Source: Octopus vulgaris (Eukaryota). Taken from it: a stretch of DNA of 64,000 nucleotides. A program made the translations under genes and the position numbers. This document shows, in pieces, positions 41,827-55,250 of the stretch; positions within the stretch are counted from its first letter, which is position 1; every line of letters starts with the position of its first letter. The notes under the pieces were generated by a model. The model was not told where the DNA came from and made no database searches. It saw only the letters and a program-made list of their open reading frames with translations. Location of the stretch: assembly GCA_951406725.2 (NCBI GenBank), contig OX597815.1, forward strand, positions 36,456,001 to 36,520,000. Reading direction: 5' to 3'.

Positions 41827-41976
41827 ATATACATATACATATATATATATATACATATACATATATATATATACATATACATATATATATATACATATAC
41901 ATATATATATATACATATACATATATATATATACATATACATATATATATATACATATACATATATATATATACAT

Positions 41977-42029
<53 letters not shown>

Positions 42030-42250
42030 TATATATATACATATACATATATATATATATACATATATATACATATATATATATACACACACACACATAC
42101 ATGTATAAACATAAACATATATACATATACACACACATGTACATACACATATATACATACACATACAAGTGCATAAAGCACATATATATATAATATACAC
42201 GCACAAGCATATATATTATAATGCACAGTTACATGCATACACACAGACAT
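41483..42250. repeat. (TA)n/(TACA)n compound microsatellite
   Basis: Read directly from the sequence. Confidence 0.95.
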
Positions 42251-42546
42251 ACTTATATACTAATCCCAGCCTGGCTCACTGTTTTATCAGCTGGTTATCA
42301 TAAAGATCTAAGCCAGAGAAGAGTATGTTATAATACAGAATTATGCCATGTATATTTTCAGCAACTGACTTCACCTGTGATCACAGCTAGTCACCTTAGA
42401 TAAGAAACTGAGGAAAAGAGTAACATATTCCTTCAACAACGCTGCTAAAGCTTTTCAACAATTTCCTTTGGTAACACCACATTCCACCCTAATACCTCCA
42501 AACCAAGTCTACAAAACTGGTGTTGTATGTGTGTCTGAGTAAAAAC

Positions 42547-42601
<55 letters not shown>

Positions 42602-42786
42602 GAAGGTTGTAAAGAACACACAAGTTGATGTGTATAAACAAAATAAGACAAGTAGACAATGCTAAAATAATTTTATCATGAAGAACATTTTAGTACCAGT
42701 TTCAGTCTTTGTGACTTTTTCAACTTAGAGTAAAGCCTGAAAAACAATTGAATTGTGGAAAAATTAAATGAAATGTTTTTTTAAAA

Positions 42787-44237
42787 TCAATATCTACAAA
42801 GCTGAAATGCGAAAAATTTGTTTGTCTCATTTTGGGATGGGAACGGTAGATGGGGTCGGATTGGCTCCAAAGTTTACAGGGACATGTAAAAAGAGGTGAG
42901 GAAGCGACTGGACTAGGTTAGAAACCTCTATCTCAAAAGCTGTGGTTACTAGGGCAACAAAACCCAGACTTTGACAAGTATTTGTTGTTTCTCTTTTTCA
43001 GATATCACTGTCTTCCTCGATCTCTCTCTTTCCTTCCTTCCCTCCACATTCTCTCTATAACGACGTTTGACACCTTCCACTCTCACTCCCTCTCCGCCTT
43101 CACCGTCTCTCTTTCTCCAACCACCTCTCTCACTGTACGTCTGTCTGTATCTATAGAGAGAAAGCGTTGACAGCCGCAGAAGTTTAAATATTCCCGCCAC
43201 AGGTCTTTTAGAACGGTGAATTATTATCGCCCACCACCACTGCACAATCATAACAGATATTATTAATCAGATATATTGTGTTAATTTATATATTTATGTG
43301 TGTATGTAAATATATATATATGTGTATACATATATATATGTGTGTGTATATATATATATAACGGTAAGCTTTATGGAAATAGACAAAAGACGAAGGCAGG
43401 TTTACGGAAATAAACAAAAGACGAAGGCAGGTGGAATACAAACAAACAATTGTATTAGTATGGCGCTCAGGAAATATAAATGAAACAAGTCTTTAACGTT
43501 TCGAGCCTACGCTCTTCAACAGAAAGATACACAGAGAAAAAAAACACAGAAAGAAGGAGAGAAAAAAATATGCGTGCAAAATATATATATATAATCAATA
43601 TCTCTAAAGCTGAAATGCGAAAAAAAAAGTTGTTTGATTTCTTGGTTATTTGTCTCATTTTGGGATGGGAACGGTTTAAGGAGTGATAGATGTGGTCGGA
43701 TTTGCGCCAAAATTTATACTGGGGGGTAAAATGGGGTGGGCAATGGTGTGAGGAGGGTTGCAAGTCACTCGGGGCTACCGATTGGTTGCCATGGTGAGGA
43801 ATATGGGAAAAATTGAGTTTTATGGGATAGGTTGCGCTGTTTGAATAATGGTGGTTTTTCGTGTTGCTGCAGGGGCTAAAGGCAGTTATCTTTAATCTAA
43901 TCTATAAAATGAAGAAGGTGATTAAAATTTACAGGAGGGGGTAACTTGAGATGAGAAATTGATTGGGAGATGTTTTAGGGCGCTACAGTTGTTGTTTTGC
44001 TTTGAAAACGAGGATTTTATTGATTTTTGGGGTCACTTGGGGGTCTAGACTGGACACCTTTTGCCCAATTTCAATCAAATTTTTAACATGGAAAAGTGGA
44101 AGCGGATTTGTAATTTATGCGTAGAAAATGGGTTCGAAATTTTGAAAATTAAGGCAAGATTTAAGAAACAGAAAGGAAGCAACAGAAAGTAACAACCACA
44201 CCCTCACCCACGCGAAGCGTGGGTCACCTTAAGCTAG
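42787..44237 (+). mobile_element. Composite Helitron with two 5' heads (42787 and 43595) and one 3' end
   Basis: A|TCAATATCT.(C/T)AAAGCTGAAATGCG occurs twice. CCCACGCGAAGCGTGGG hairpin, then CTAG|T. It interrupts one arm of an inverted repeat. Confidence 0.8.
43360..43580 (-). mobile_element. Family H short element with a minimal hammerhead-like motif at 43490-43527
   Basis: Minus strand: TCTTT CTGTTGA A GAGC GTAG GCTC GAAAC GTT AAAGA. Confidence 0.7.
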
Positions 44238-45117
44238 TATTTCTATAGTTTTCAAATGCAAGGAACATTTTCCTTTTTTCTGTCTGTCTGTCTCTTTTAT
44301 TCATGTGAGATCTTGGTAGTAGTAGTCCAATATTTGATATGGGTTCTTGGTTTAGATTAGTTTAAGCATTTGAAAACTATAGAAATATTTTTAAAAAAAC
44401 ATTTCACTTAATTTTTCCACAATTCAATTGTCTTTCATGCTTTATTCTAAGTGGTGTGGTTGCAGAAATTATTGCAAAAAGACTGAAACCGGTACTAAAA
44501 TGTTCACGATAAAATTATTTTAACATTTTCTATCTTGTCTTAGTTTGCTTATATCATCATCACCATATAAACACTAACATGCATTTATACTAGCACACAC
44601 ATTCACACACATAATGAAAGCCAGCTATGGTGTACAAACATTAACAACCATTATGAATAAGAGAACAATGTTATTTAATAACATTAGTTAATATTTGTAG
44701 CATCGTTAAAAGTTATGAAGATGGCATTTACAGCAGACTTTCATGAGATTTTTTATGTCCTCAGTTTTGATGCCTTCTGTTTCCAAGTTCATCCCACATG
44801 GTGTTTACCAATATTTTTCTCACTTGAAGACTGATGGGTATTCTAAAGAGTTAACAGCCTTCACTAGTTACAGGAAGAGAACAGTTAATCTTTTAAGTGG
44901 TAGGCTAGTCCTATAATTACTCAATCAACTAGATAACTTAATAACTGTTTGTTAATTGGTTTGTATTTTAACCATCAAATTTTAGAGAAAAAAAAACAAG
45001 GGTTTAATACCTAGAAGATTTAAACTTAAAACTATGAAATATAAATATAAAAAAAACTGATTCTGTAAGGAGGAAAAGACATTGATGAAGTGACACAACA
45101 AGATATGGATCTGTATC

Positions 45118-45335
45118 ATTAACGCTTTAGCATTCAGATTACGTTACCAAATGTAATTCTTACTTATTTGCATTGTTTGGAATTAATTACACATTAACCT
45201 GTAGCTTTAAGATTTCAATGACGTGATAGCTTATCTTTACAATGATATTGTTAGGTAGGTGTGAAAAGCCAGATCTACCCAGTTTGAAGGAAAATTTTGG
45301 GCTAGATATGGCTGGTTTAAATGCTAATGGGTTAA
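45118..45335. mobile_element. piggyBac-type MITE
   Basis: TTAA-CGCTTTAGCATT ... AATGCTAATGGG-TTAA. Confidence 0.7.
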
Positions 45336-48300
45336 TGATATTCTAACAGAGGTAAAAAGTCCATTAATCTGAAGGAAGCGGTACAACTATCAGACTGATC
45401 TAAATACTTCACTGTTACTTCTTTATCAACCTACAGAAAAGTAAAAGGTAAAGTTACTCCTGACAAGAACTGAAAATGGAACAAAATGGTATGAAATTTA
45501 ATACAAGTCAGGCATTCTACTGATCAGACCGACTACTATTACTAACTATATTATTTACAGCCAAGACAAGAACAATGGATAGCAGAATCTCTAGAACAAC
45601 AGATATAATAAAAGCCAAACAGTATTCAGTTTTATCTAATTATAGAGTGAGTTCAAGCCCTGCTGAGGACAAGATAAGTACCAGTGAAGTACAGGGATCA
45701 ATTCAACGGTTGGTACTTCTTCCTCCAAAATGTGTGGCCTTGTCAGAAATCATAAATAGTGCATAAAAAAAAAATTCATTTCAGGGTTTGGGGAATGCTC
45801 AACCAACTAGCTATATCTTCTTACATGTACACTCTTTACAACTATATCTTCTTACAAGTACACTCTTTTGCCAACCCACACATTTAAATATTGAAATAGA
45901 ACAGAGGTTTTCAAAAATAGAATACATGTAGTAACTGGAACTGTGCAGAAAAAATCTTTTAGTCAAAAAGTATTTCAAACTTTATATTATCTAAAGGAGA
46001 TGAGTGAGAAAGAGGAACACTAAAATAGATATTTTACTAGAAGTCAATATAATCTTTTGGCCTTCTGTGATCAATAAAATAATTAAGCAGTAATATATTG
46101 GTGCTAACCTAATCTGCATTATTGTTTCTCTTAAAAAAAATTAGCATTGTGTCAAGCTGATTAAAGTATCCTTCCACACACAAAAATAGACAGCAGGTAA
46201 TGTAGTTTTAGAAGCAATGGTATGGTCACCTGTGGAAGACCTTTAACCATTGCTTAGTTGGGACAGTACTGACTTTGGGCTAGATAAACAACACCAAATA
46301 TCCCATAAGATCAGTAGTTCAATTCCTGAACCGGGTAACACATTGAGTCTTTGGGCAAGGCACTTCATTTCACATTTTTCTGGTCTACTCTGCTGTAATG
46401 AGTACCAACCTAGTCCATGTGCAGCCTTGTATCCCTCCAGCTGTTACATCTTGAATATTCCACTGGGTCATAGCTGTAAGGGATTGAGAGAGTGTTCATG
46501 TCTATTATATAGGCACTAAATCAATAACAGAAAGCTTAGTGCACATTACTAAGCCACATCTCATTCATGCATGACAGCTAGTTGCATTTGTTTTTCCAGC
46601 AGCACCAACATAGTTATACATATAAAATGAAAGAGGTTTTGGTAATAGATCTTATTGCCAGATGAGGAGAGAACAACAGGAGATATAAGGGAATAGATAT
46701 TCCCAAATACAAACACTATGGGAAAGGCATAGATTATATAAAAATAAGCATAATAAATGATAAAAGAAAACAATGTAATATATTCATAGAAAAATTTAGG
46801 AAACATGATTAAGATGAAGATGATTGTTAAAATGATGATCATAATGCTACTATTGATAGTTATCATCATCATAATCACCAATTAATGCTCGTTTTTTCTC
46901 GTTTTTGTTTTCCATCTTTATCCTGCATCATCTTATCTGAGAAGCCCAACCATCTGAAGTACACTCTCTTTCCTTTACCATTATATATTTGATTTCCTTA
47001 CTTATCACAATCAACTTAAAAACTCAAAAAACACATATTCACATTACATGTTCCTTGAGATATAATACAAAATTTATTCCTGTATCAGGTACAACTAGAG
47101 AAAAGTAAACAAACAAGAGAAAGACGATAACGATTTTACCCAAACTCAATCTGCCTCGAATTTTACCAAATCCCTACTACAGGTGAAGCAAAGCTTAGCA
47201 GTGCCTCACTTAGGTAATATACTATTACTAAGTAATATATATTACTTGGAAGCACTGCCCAGTAATAATATATGAAGATGCAGTTGGCTGATTGGGGCTG
47301 CATATTATATGAAGAAAACAGTTACCAATAGCAGATTTGATAAGGAACACAAGATTAAGAAGATGTGGGATTGGGAAAAACCCAGCAAAGAGTTATATTT
47401 CTATCATACTGAAACAACATAGTAAAAGCCAATAGACTTTTAAGTAGATTATATGACTTAATTTACATGTAACTGGAACTTTAAAATCTGTTTAGCAACA
47501 GACATGTTTCTGTTTCTGTAGAAAAAATGTAAAAAAAAAAACCCCAGAAATCAAAGATGTCAAGGGATAAAAATTATTAATGGAGTAACATCATCAAGCT
47601 GAGATCCCTTAAGAAACAGACATTTATTAAGTGTATCCTATCAAATAGTCAGAAAATGCGGTAGTGTTAGTTTTCCAAAGCCCACCAGACATTTGAGAAA
47701 TACTTCAATTAAAACATCTAACATGTAATTTAAACAGAGCTAAGAATTGCTGCAAGATGAAATAAATCAAATCTAAAAGAAACAGTTCAGTGTAGAGGGT
47801 TCTGAAAAAGAAAGAGAACCAATTTCAGTATATGACCTATATGAACTGTTTTGACCCTGGAAGGACTGTAGGGCAAAGCTGATGTCAAAAACAACTTTCT
47901 TAAGAATTGTTTGGCACTGTCCATATCTTTCAATTAATTCTAAAAATTATCAAAAATTCAGTAGACATTGAATAAAACGACTTTCTTTCATTATACAGTA
48001 TTATAAGGATGCTGTTTTGGAAGCTAACTAAAACTTCTTGCATAAAATAGGATCAAAAGATTAAATTTAAATATGCTTTAAAATAGTTTCATGTCACAGT
48101 ATATAAACCACAGCAATTAAAGAATAACACATAAGACAGTGAAAGAAATAAGTTGGAAGGAGATTGAGAAATAAGAAAAAAAACAAAAATCATTATGAAC
48201 TAACCGGTAAAATAAGAAATAAGTGGAAATTTTATACCAGTGAGTGTGTTAAATCATAAGGCACAAAAAAAAAATGACTCTCCCCAGACACAACAGAATA

Positions 48301-48418
48301 TGTTTCAACACATGAACTCATATAAAGAATCTTGCAAATCAAATCCAAAAACGAAATTATGAACTAAGAACAGCTTTCTTATTCATAATTAATCATGTTA
48401 TTAAACTGTGTGTATGCT

Positions 48419-48453
<35 letters not shown>

Positions 48454-48459
<6 letters not shown>

Positions 48460-48651
48460 TATATAGAAGGAGCTTCTACAGGACTAGAACTGTTTCATTC
48501 AAGAGAAATCTTCAGGAAGCTTCCTGAAGATTTCTCTTGAATGAAACAGTTCTAGTCCTGTAGAAGCTCCTTCTATATAATAAATTAATTTTACTCTGCT
48601 ATGTATTGAGTACCTTATTTACTGTGGTTAACCCCGAATCAACCCGGGACC

Positions 48652-48652
<1 letters not shown>
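48454..48652. mobile_element. Short PLE-like fragment with a perfect 132-bp palindrome containing mirrored hammerhead-like motifs, inside (TA)n
   Basis: Palindrome 48454-48585 centred on AAGCTT. CTGAAGA at 48524 and GAAAC at 48543. Confidence 0.7.
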
Positions 48653-48711
<59 letters not shown>

Positions 48712-49369
48712 CATATGTGTAGCAATCACTTAAAAGCAAGTTCGACTTCATAGCTTGTACCATGCTTTCACTAATTGCTTTAGGGTCGTATATAGTTACA
48801 GACAAACATAGATATCTTCCTGGCCCTTCCAAACTTAACCCATTGAAACACTAAGGACATAACAGTTGAAGGAGGAGAGAGATGCACTAACAATCAAACT
48901 ATTACATGCTTTCAGATGAGAAGACTGGAGTAACGGAGCAACACGAAATTATGTATGATGTTCAAGGATACAACATGCTGGTCTGTCCAGGAAACAAACT
49001 CATGACTGAGTGCCCAACACCCTAAGTGCTAGACTACATGACTTCACACATGCACACATACACACAAGCGCAGCTGTGGTTGCATGGTTAAGAAGTTTGC
49101 TTTCTAACCTGGTTTCAGTCCCACTATGAGACACATTCAGCAAGCATGTGTATTTCTCCTCGTCTTGACAGAGCATGACAGTTGTAAATGAGTATCACTG
49201 TCATATAAATAGTGTCATTCCTTCCCAATATTCTATGAAATCATGTCTGGCCATGGGAGAAATATTATCTTGCTTGGAAAAGAGCTGAGGCTTGGTGAGA
49301 GGAAGGACATTTGGCCGTAGAAAATCAGCCTCAATAAACTTTGTCTGACCCATGCAAACATGGAGAAGT

Positions 49370-49612
49370 CATCATCATCATCATCATCGTTTAACGTCCG
49401 TTTTCCGCGCTAGCACGGGTTGGACGGTTTCGACCGGGGTCTGGGGAGCTCGGGACTGCCCCAGGCTCCAATCTAGTCTGGCAGTGTTTCTACAGCTGGA
49501 TGCCCTTCCTAACGCCAACCACTCCGCGAGTGTAGTGGGTGTTTTTTACGTGCCACCTGCACAGGTGCCAGAGGGGTCTGGCATCGGCCACGTTCGGATG
49601 GTGCTTTTTATG
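49370..49612 (-). mobile_element. SINE-like family D, partial
   Basis: (CAT)n cgtttaacgtccgttttcc...ggatgcccttcctaacgccaaccactcc. Confidence 0.8.
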
Positions 49613-49789
49613 TGGGGGGGGGGTGCAGAAATATAGGGGAGCACCAGTGGGGAGGGGTGGTTCAGAGAAATGATGACAGGTTCTAGGCAAGTAGAACGTA
49701 GGATATCGAGAGAGGGGTAATGCATGGTGAAATAGCGTATTGAAGAGGGGGTTCGAAGAGTAGACACCTATAATGGTGGTGGGAGAAGC

Positions 49790-49888
49790 GACATCCGGTA
49801 TAGATGGAGCAAAATATAGAGATATCCGGTATTGGTGGTGGGGGTGGGCAGGGCGGGTGAAGATACGAAGTTTGATTTTAGACGAATG

Positions 49889-49920
<32 letters not shown>

Positions 49921-50145
49921 GAAATTAGATAGATAGAGAAATTTGATAAATAGTTAGACAAATAGAGAAACATAAATAAATGGTAACCGAAGTGAAAATT
50001 AAGCATTCAACTTATCTGCACTCAGGACTACAGCTTGTAGATGAATGAGAGAGTGAGAGAGAGAGAGAGAGAGAGAACATATGTGTATTAGAGGGGACAT
50101 ACTTCAAGATGGCGCGAAGATACGAAGTTTGATTTTAGACGAATG

Positions 50146-50205
<60 letters not shown>

Positions 50206-50611
50206 GAAATTAGATAGATAGAGAAATTTGATAAATAGTTAGACAGATAGAGAAACATAAGAGGGAGTATCCGGTGTAGATGGTGAGAACAGTGTTCACC
50301 GGTATTGGTGGTGGGGGTGGGAGGGCGGGCGCACCGCGCATTGGGAGAAGATGAGGTTTTAGGCGGCAGAAAGAAGACAGGATTGAGATGAAATGCTTTG
50401 CGGTGTGTGAATAAGTTTTTGTGAGTGAAAGTTTTTATGCTTCAGCTAGCATTTGAGACGAAAGACAACGATAACGCTATTAGATGGGGATACAATAATA
50501 ATAAGGCTTGCAAAAACAATGAAAAGAGGAAACAGGTCGGGAACTTAGCTGATGTTTTTTCATCCTGCGGTATTGGCTAAGCCTGTGGAAGCGAGTGAAG
50601 GTGAGATATAT

Positions 50612-50653
<42 letters not shown>

Positions 50654-51045
50654 TGAAAACAGAGGGAGAACCGACACCACATAGCGAGAGAGAGAGAGGA
50701 GAGAGAGAGACATAGTGACACCGCGCATTGGGAGAAGATGAGGTTTTAGGCGGCAGAAAGAAGACAGGATTGAGATGAAATGCTTTGCGGTGTGTGAATA
50801 AGTTTTTGTGAGTGAAAGTTTTTATGCTTCAGCTAGCATTTGAGACGAAAGACAACGATAATGCTATTAGATGGGGATACAATAATAATAAGGCTTGCAA
50901 AAACAATGAAAAGAGGAAACAGGTCGGGAACTTAGCTGATGTTTTTTCATCCTGCGGTATTGGCTAAGCCTGTGGAAGCGAGTGAAGGTGAGATATATAC
51001 CGAGAGAGAGAGAGAGAGAGAGAGAGACAGTGAAAACAGAGGAGA
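49790..51045. repeat. Mosaic of local tandem duplications, including a 387-bp-period duplicate (50332-50665 / 50719-51041)
   Basis: caccgcgcattgggagaag starts at 50332 and 50719. gaagatacgaagtttgattttagacg occurs at ~49859 and ~50117. Confidence 0.85.
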
Positions 51046-51081
51046 AGTGGATATTAAAATTATTATATATATATATATATA

Positions 51082-51488
51082 TCATCATCATCCGCTTTCC
51101 ATGCTAGCATGGGTTGGATGGTGGTCTGGGAAGCCAGAAGGCTGCACCAGGCCCAGTCTGATTTGGCAATGTTTCTACGGCTGGATGCCCTTCCTAACGC
51201 CAACCACTCCGTGAGTGTAGTGGGTGCTTTTTACGGGCCACCGGCACAGGTGCCAGACGAGGCTGGCAAACGGCCGCGATCGGATGGTGCTTTTTACGTG
51301 CCACCGGCACGGAGGCCAGGCGGGGCTGGCAACGGCCACGATTGGATGGTGCTTTTTACGTGCCACCGGCACGGAGGCCAGTCGGGGCGGCGCTGGCAAC
51401 GGCCACGTTCGGATGGTTCTCTTATGTGCCACCGGCACTGGTATTACAGCTACAATTTCCATTGATGTTGATCGATTTCGATTTTGAT
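51082..51488 (-). mobile_element. SINE-like family D, young copy
   Basis: Near-identical organisation to 4470-4888. Confidence 0.85.
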
Positions 51489-52660
51489 TATATAATAGAT
51501 GTATGAAATGTGAACATTATTAATATCTATACATACATATTTAAATATACATATAAATCTTAGTATATATATTAATATTGAGATCCAGCTGGATAAAATG
51601 GAGAGAATTTGGATGTTTCTCTGGAGGATATCCCTATACTTGAAGGAACTAATTCACAAAACAATACTTGTTCCAGTTCTTCTTATACTTGTTCTTATAG
51701 GCATATAATTTAATCTTTTAACTTGCATTACTTTTCCAATTGTAATACAAATAAAATGAACCAAGCATCTTTTTATTTTTTCTTCTCCATTTTCTTTTAT
51801 TGACTTTTTAATTTTATATACATATTTATAAAAATAGAAGTTGAAAATGCACTTGGAATCTTTAAAATTATATATTTACATTTACTTAACCAGTTTCACA
51901 ATTTCATGATTTTTCAAAAGTAGTGCGAGATAGAGTGACTTAGAACTATGCTGTGTTTGTCTCAACTGGTAGAATTTGATTGGTCATGAGAGTAAAAAGT
52001 GATGTGATCCAATCACAGTTGCATCAGAAGTTAAGGCTGCACTAGTCAAGTAAATATGTCATTTGAGAGCATGAATAACAATTGTGTGTTATGTCCATGT
52101 AGTAGGTCACTTGACTGTAATGCACAATAAATGCACCAAAAGTCAAGTTTGTGTCAATCCAGTGAATGGGTCATGTGACAGTATCAACAACAGGTTGACA
52201 GATTATGTAATAAAAATAGAGAAACAGCTTACTTGCATGCACAAGAGTAACACTAAGTTGTGGATATGGTTGTCTATAGAATTGTGTGAGAATGTGGACT
52301 CCAGTGGTCTAATATCTCTGAAATGTTGTTATAGCTTATTCAGTTGTGATTTGTAATTCTTAATAAAAACCTTTTCTTTATTTCTCCTTATTTCAACTGG
52401 TTTTGTCAGAACAAAGGTGACCAGGAATTTTGGCGGTTGGTTTGTAACGCATAGCTTTACATGTACATTTTATGGAAAATGCCTAGTATTCGAATCTCAC
52501 ACTCATACACATATATGTACACTGGTGTGCATGCATTTATGCACCTATACTTTTTCTCTCTCTCTTTCTCACACACACACACACACACAATGTCTTGTCT
52601 GGCTATGGGGAAATATTATCTTCCTTGAAAACAGCAATATATATGCATATCTATCTTTCT

Positions 52661-52700
<40 letters not shown>

Positions 52701-52822
52701 CCCTTTAGCATTTAGAGAAGCTGTATCTGACTCAAATTTCAACTTGTTTTATGTTCAAACTGACCGGATCTGACCTCTCACACCTACCCTGCAATGTCAT
52801 TCTAAAATAAAGAATCACATCA

Positions 52823-52993
52823 GGCGCAGGAGTGGCTGTGTGGTAAGTAGCTTGCTAACCAACCACATGGTTCCGGGTTCAGTCCCACTGCGTGGCATCT
52901 TGGGCAAGTGTCTTCTGCTATAGCCCCGGGCCGACCAATGCCTTGTGAGTGGATTTGGTAGACGGAAACTGAAAGAAGCCTGTCGTATATATG

Positions 52994-53028
<35 letters not shown>

Positions 53029-53225
53029 TTGTCCCCCTAGCATTGCTTGACAACCGATGCTGGTGTGTTTACGTCCCCGTCACTTAGCGGTTCGGGAAAA
53101 GAACCGATAGAATAAGTACTGGGCTTACAAAGAATAAGTCCCAGGGTCGATTTGCTCAACTAAAGGCAGTGCTCCAGCATGGCCGCAGTCAAATGACTGC
53201 AACAAGTAAAAGAATAAAAGAAAAG
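52823..53225 (+). mobile_element. SINE family A, young, inserted into a piggyBac-type MITE (52702-53320)
   Basis: Near-consensus copy. The MITE body (reverse of 6047-6268) continues on both sides. Confidence 0.9.
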
Positions 53226-53334
53226 AATCGTTGAAACCTTGAAGTTGTGAGGTTATGCATGATAATTTCAAAAAATGCAAATAACATGCATTACATTTGA
53301 CAGAATAATCTCAATAATGTAGTTATGTTTTTAA

Positions 53335-53805
53335 CAACCAAAATAGATAGACGGATGTTAAGGTGGTTTGGCCACATGGAGAGGATGGATGAGGAGCAGA
53401 TGGTAAGGAGGGTGATGATAGCAGAAGTGGTAGGCAGCAGAACCAGAAGCAGAACTCATTTTGTGAGGATGGATGGAGTGAGGAAAGCTTTGGTGGTTAG
53501 AGGTGTTGGAGTGAGAGAGGCAAGAGAATTTATAAATGACAGGAAAGCTTGGAGAGTGTTTGTGGATGGATGAGTGAATTTGATGTTGCTCAAAGTGGTA
53601 CAGAACCAGCATGATGTGGCAGGGGTAAACCAGCATATGATGTCAGGTCCCACTGCTGATATTGGGGGGGTTGCATTTTATGCTTTGACCTGAGCATAGA
53701 ACAGGGCTCGCCTCTTTGAGCTGGGAAATGAATGCCTGGTGTGTGTCATGTTGTGGCTACCCCCTCCTAAGAAAATGGGGAATAGTCCTGGGTATATAAA
53801 AAAAA
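53335..53805 (+). mobile_element. RTE-clade LINE 3' end
   Basis: LRWFGHMERM......RRV....V.G.R.R.R.....DGV..........A..DR..WR. A-tail and possible TSD atgtttttaa. Confidence 0.85.
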
Positions 53806-55200
53806 TGTTTTTAAGAAAAACTTGTTTATTCATCTAGGATGCAAGGAATGTGTCTTAGTGGGGAACATGTAGTCACACTGTCCCTCTAGATTTACTATGT
53901 GGACTGTGTATAAGGACCTAAGTTGTGCAGGCCAACTGAAACATTTCAATGTGTTTTTGTGTTTTATTAGGTGATTTTATTATAGGATGTATATACACTT
54001 TCATCAAGGCTATACCTATAATGATTGTTACTGTAAAGTTAATCAATTGTGAAAATGTAGAATTTCCAAGAATTCATTTGATGACCATGTGTTGTATATC
54101 ATCATCATTTAAAATCCATTTGTCCATGCTTGCATGTGTCAAATGGAATTTGTTAAAGCAAATTTTCTATCGCTGGATACCCTTTCTGCAGTCAACCCTC
54201 ACCTGTTTCCCTATGGTCAGACATGTTTTTCATAGATTGAAAATGAACAACACTTGTATGAAGATGATGTTCGTTTACAACCATCACATGATGTCTAAAA
54301 GGGCACACACACACACACACACAATTCTGTCACCTAAATTCACTCACAAGGCTTTGGTTAGCCTGAGACTAAAGTAGAAGACATTTGCCCAAGGTGCTGT
54401 GCAGTGGGAATGAACCCAAGACCATGAGGCTGAGAAGCAAGCTTCTTAACCACACAACCATATCTCCTCTATATATCTCCTGTATATATATTTTTTATAT
54501 TATATTGTAGTTTAATGATTTTGTGAGGAGGTGAATTGAACTAGAAGATTATGGGTTGAAGAAGGAGATTTTGTTATTCTTAACAATGTGTTACAGCTTG
54601 TATATAGGGTTAAATTCTCTTTCCACACACACACACTGGAAAGAGATAGACTCTATTTGAGCGTTAGCAGAGATAATTTACCAAGTCTGATATTTCTGAT
54701 GATCACTATTAATTGTACAATTCAGTGGCTAAGGCACCAGACATCAGACCCCTAATAGTTTTCTTATTTCTCTTGGAAATGGGAAGAAAAACGGATCTTT
54801 TCGCTTTGACCGGCAGATTTTTTTAATAATTTCTTTGTAACTAAACACTTTTAAACTTCGTATACTGGTAGAAAGTGTTTATAAAACATCTTTTTCTCTT
54901 GGCTTTCTTGAGAAAATTCTGTAGTATGTAAGCTATTTGTTCTTTAATTTCTTGCATTTCGGCAATTTCAACCAATGAATGACGTCTGTTAAGGTGAATT
55001 CAATATCTCCAGATCGTTGTCAACAACAATAATTTGCGGAGTCATATGAAATTGTCCCTGCTATTTATGAGAAAAAAGATACCCTGTAGTCATAAACTAA
55101 GGGGGTCACTCGTAAACAGAGCTGGATAACAAAACCGTTCCCTCTTTAGTGTCCACCCATAATTAAGACCCTAGTATCGATCTATTGCATTTTAATCTAT

Positions 55201-55250
55201 TTTAGGGTTAGGGTTAGAGTTAGGGTTGGGTTAGGGTTAAGGTTAGGGGT
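55201..55250 (+). repeat. Degenerate (TTAGGG)n interstitial telomere-like tract
   Basis: tttagggttagggttagagttagggttgggttagggttaaggttagggg. Confidence 0.8.

Larger units (their letters stand above)
42610..44560. repeat. Long inverted repeat (arms 42610-42786 plus 44238-44259, versus 44366-44560) carrying a degenerate hammerhead-like motif
   Basis: aaaataattttatc.tgaa..cattttagtacc.gtttcagtc and caattgaattgtggaaaaattaa are mirrored at 44400-44530. Confidence 0.75.

Noticed and set aside
50105-50116. YY1-like CAAGATGGCG promoter motif
   Set aside because: It is a single short match inside a repeat mosaic, with no associated exon.
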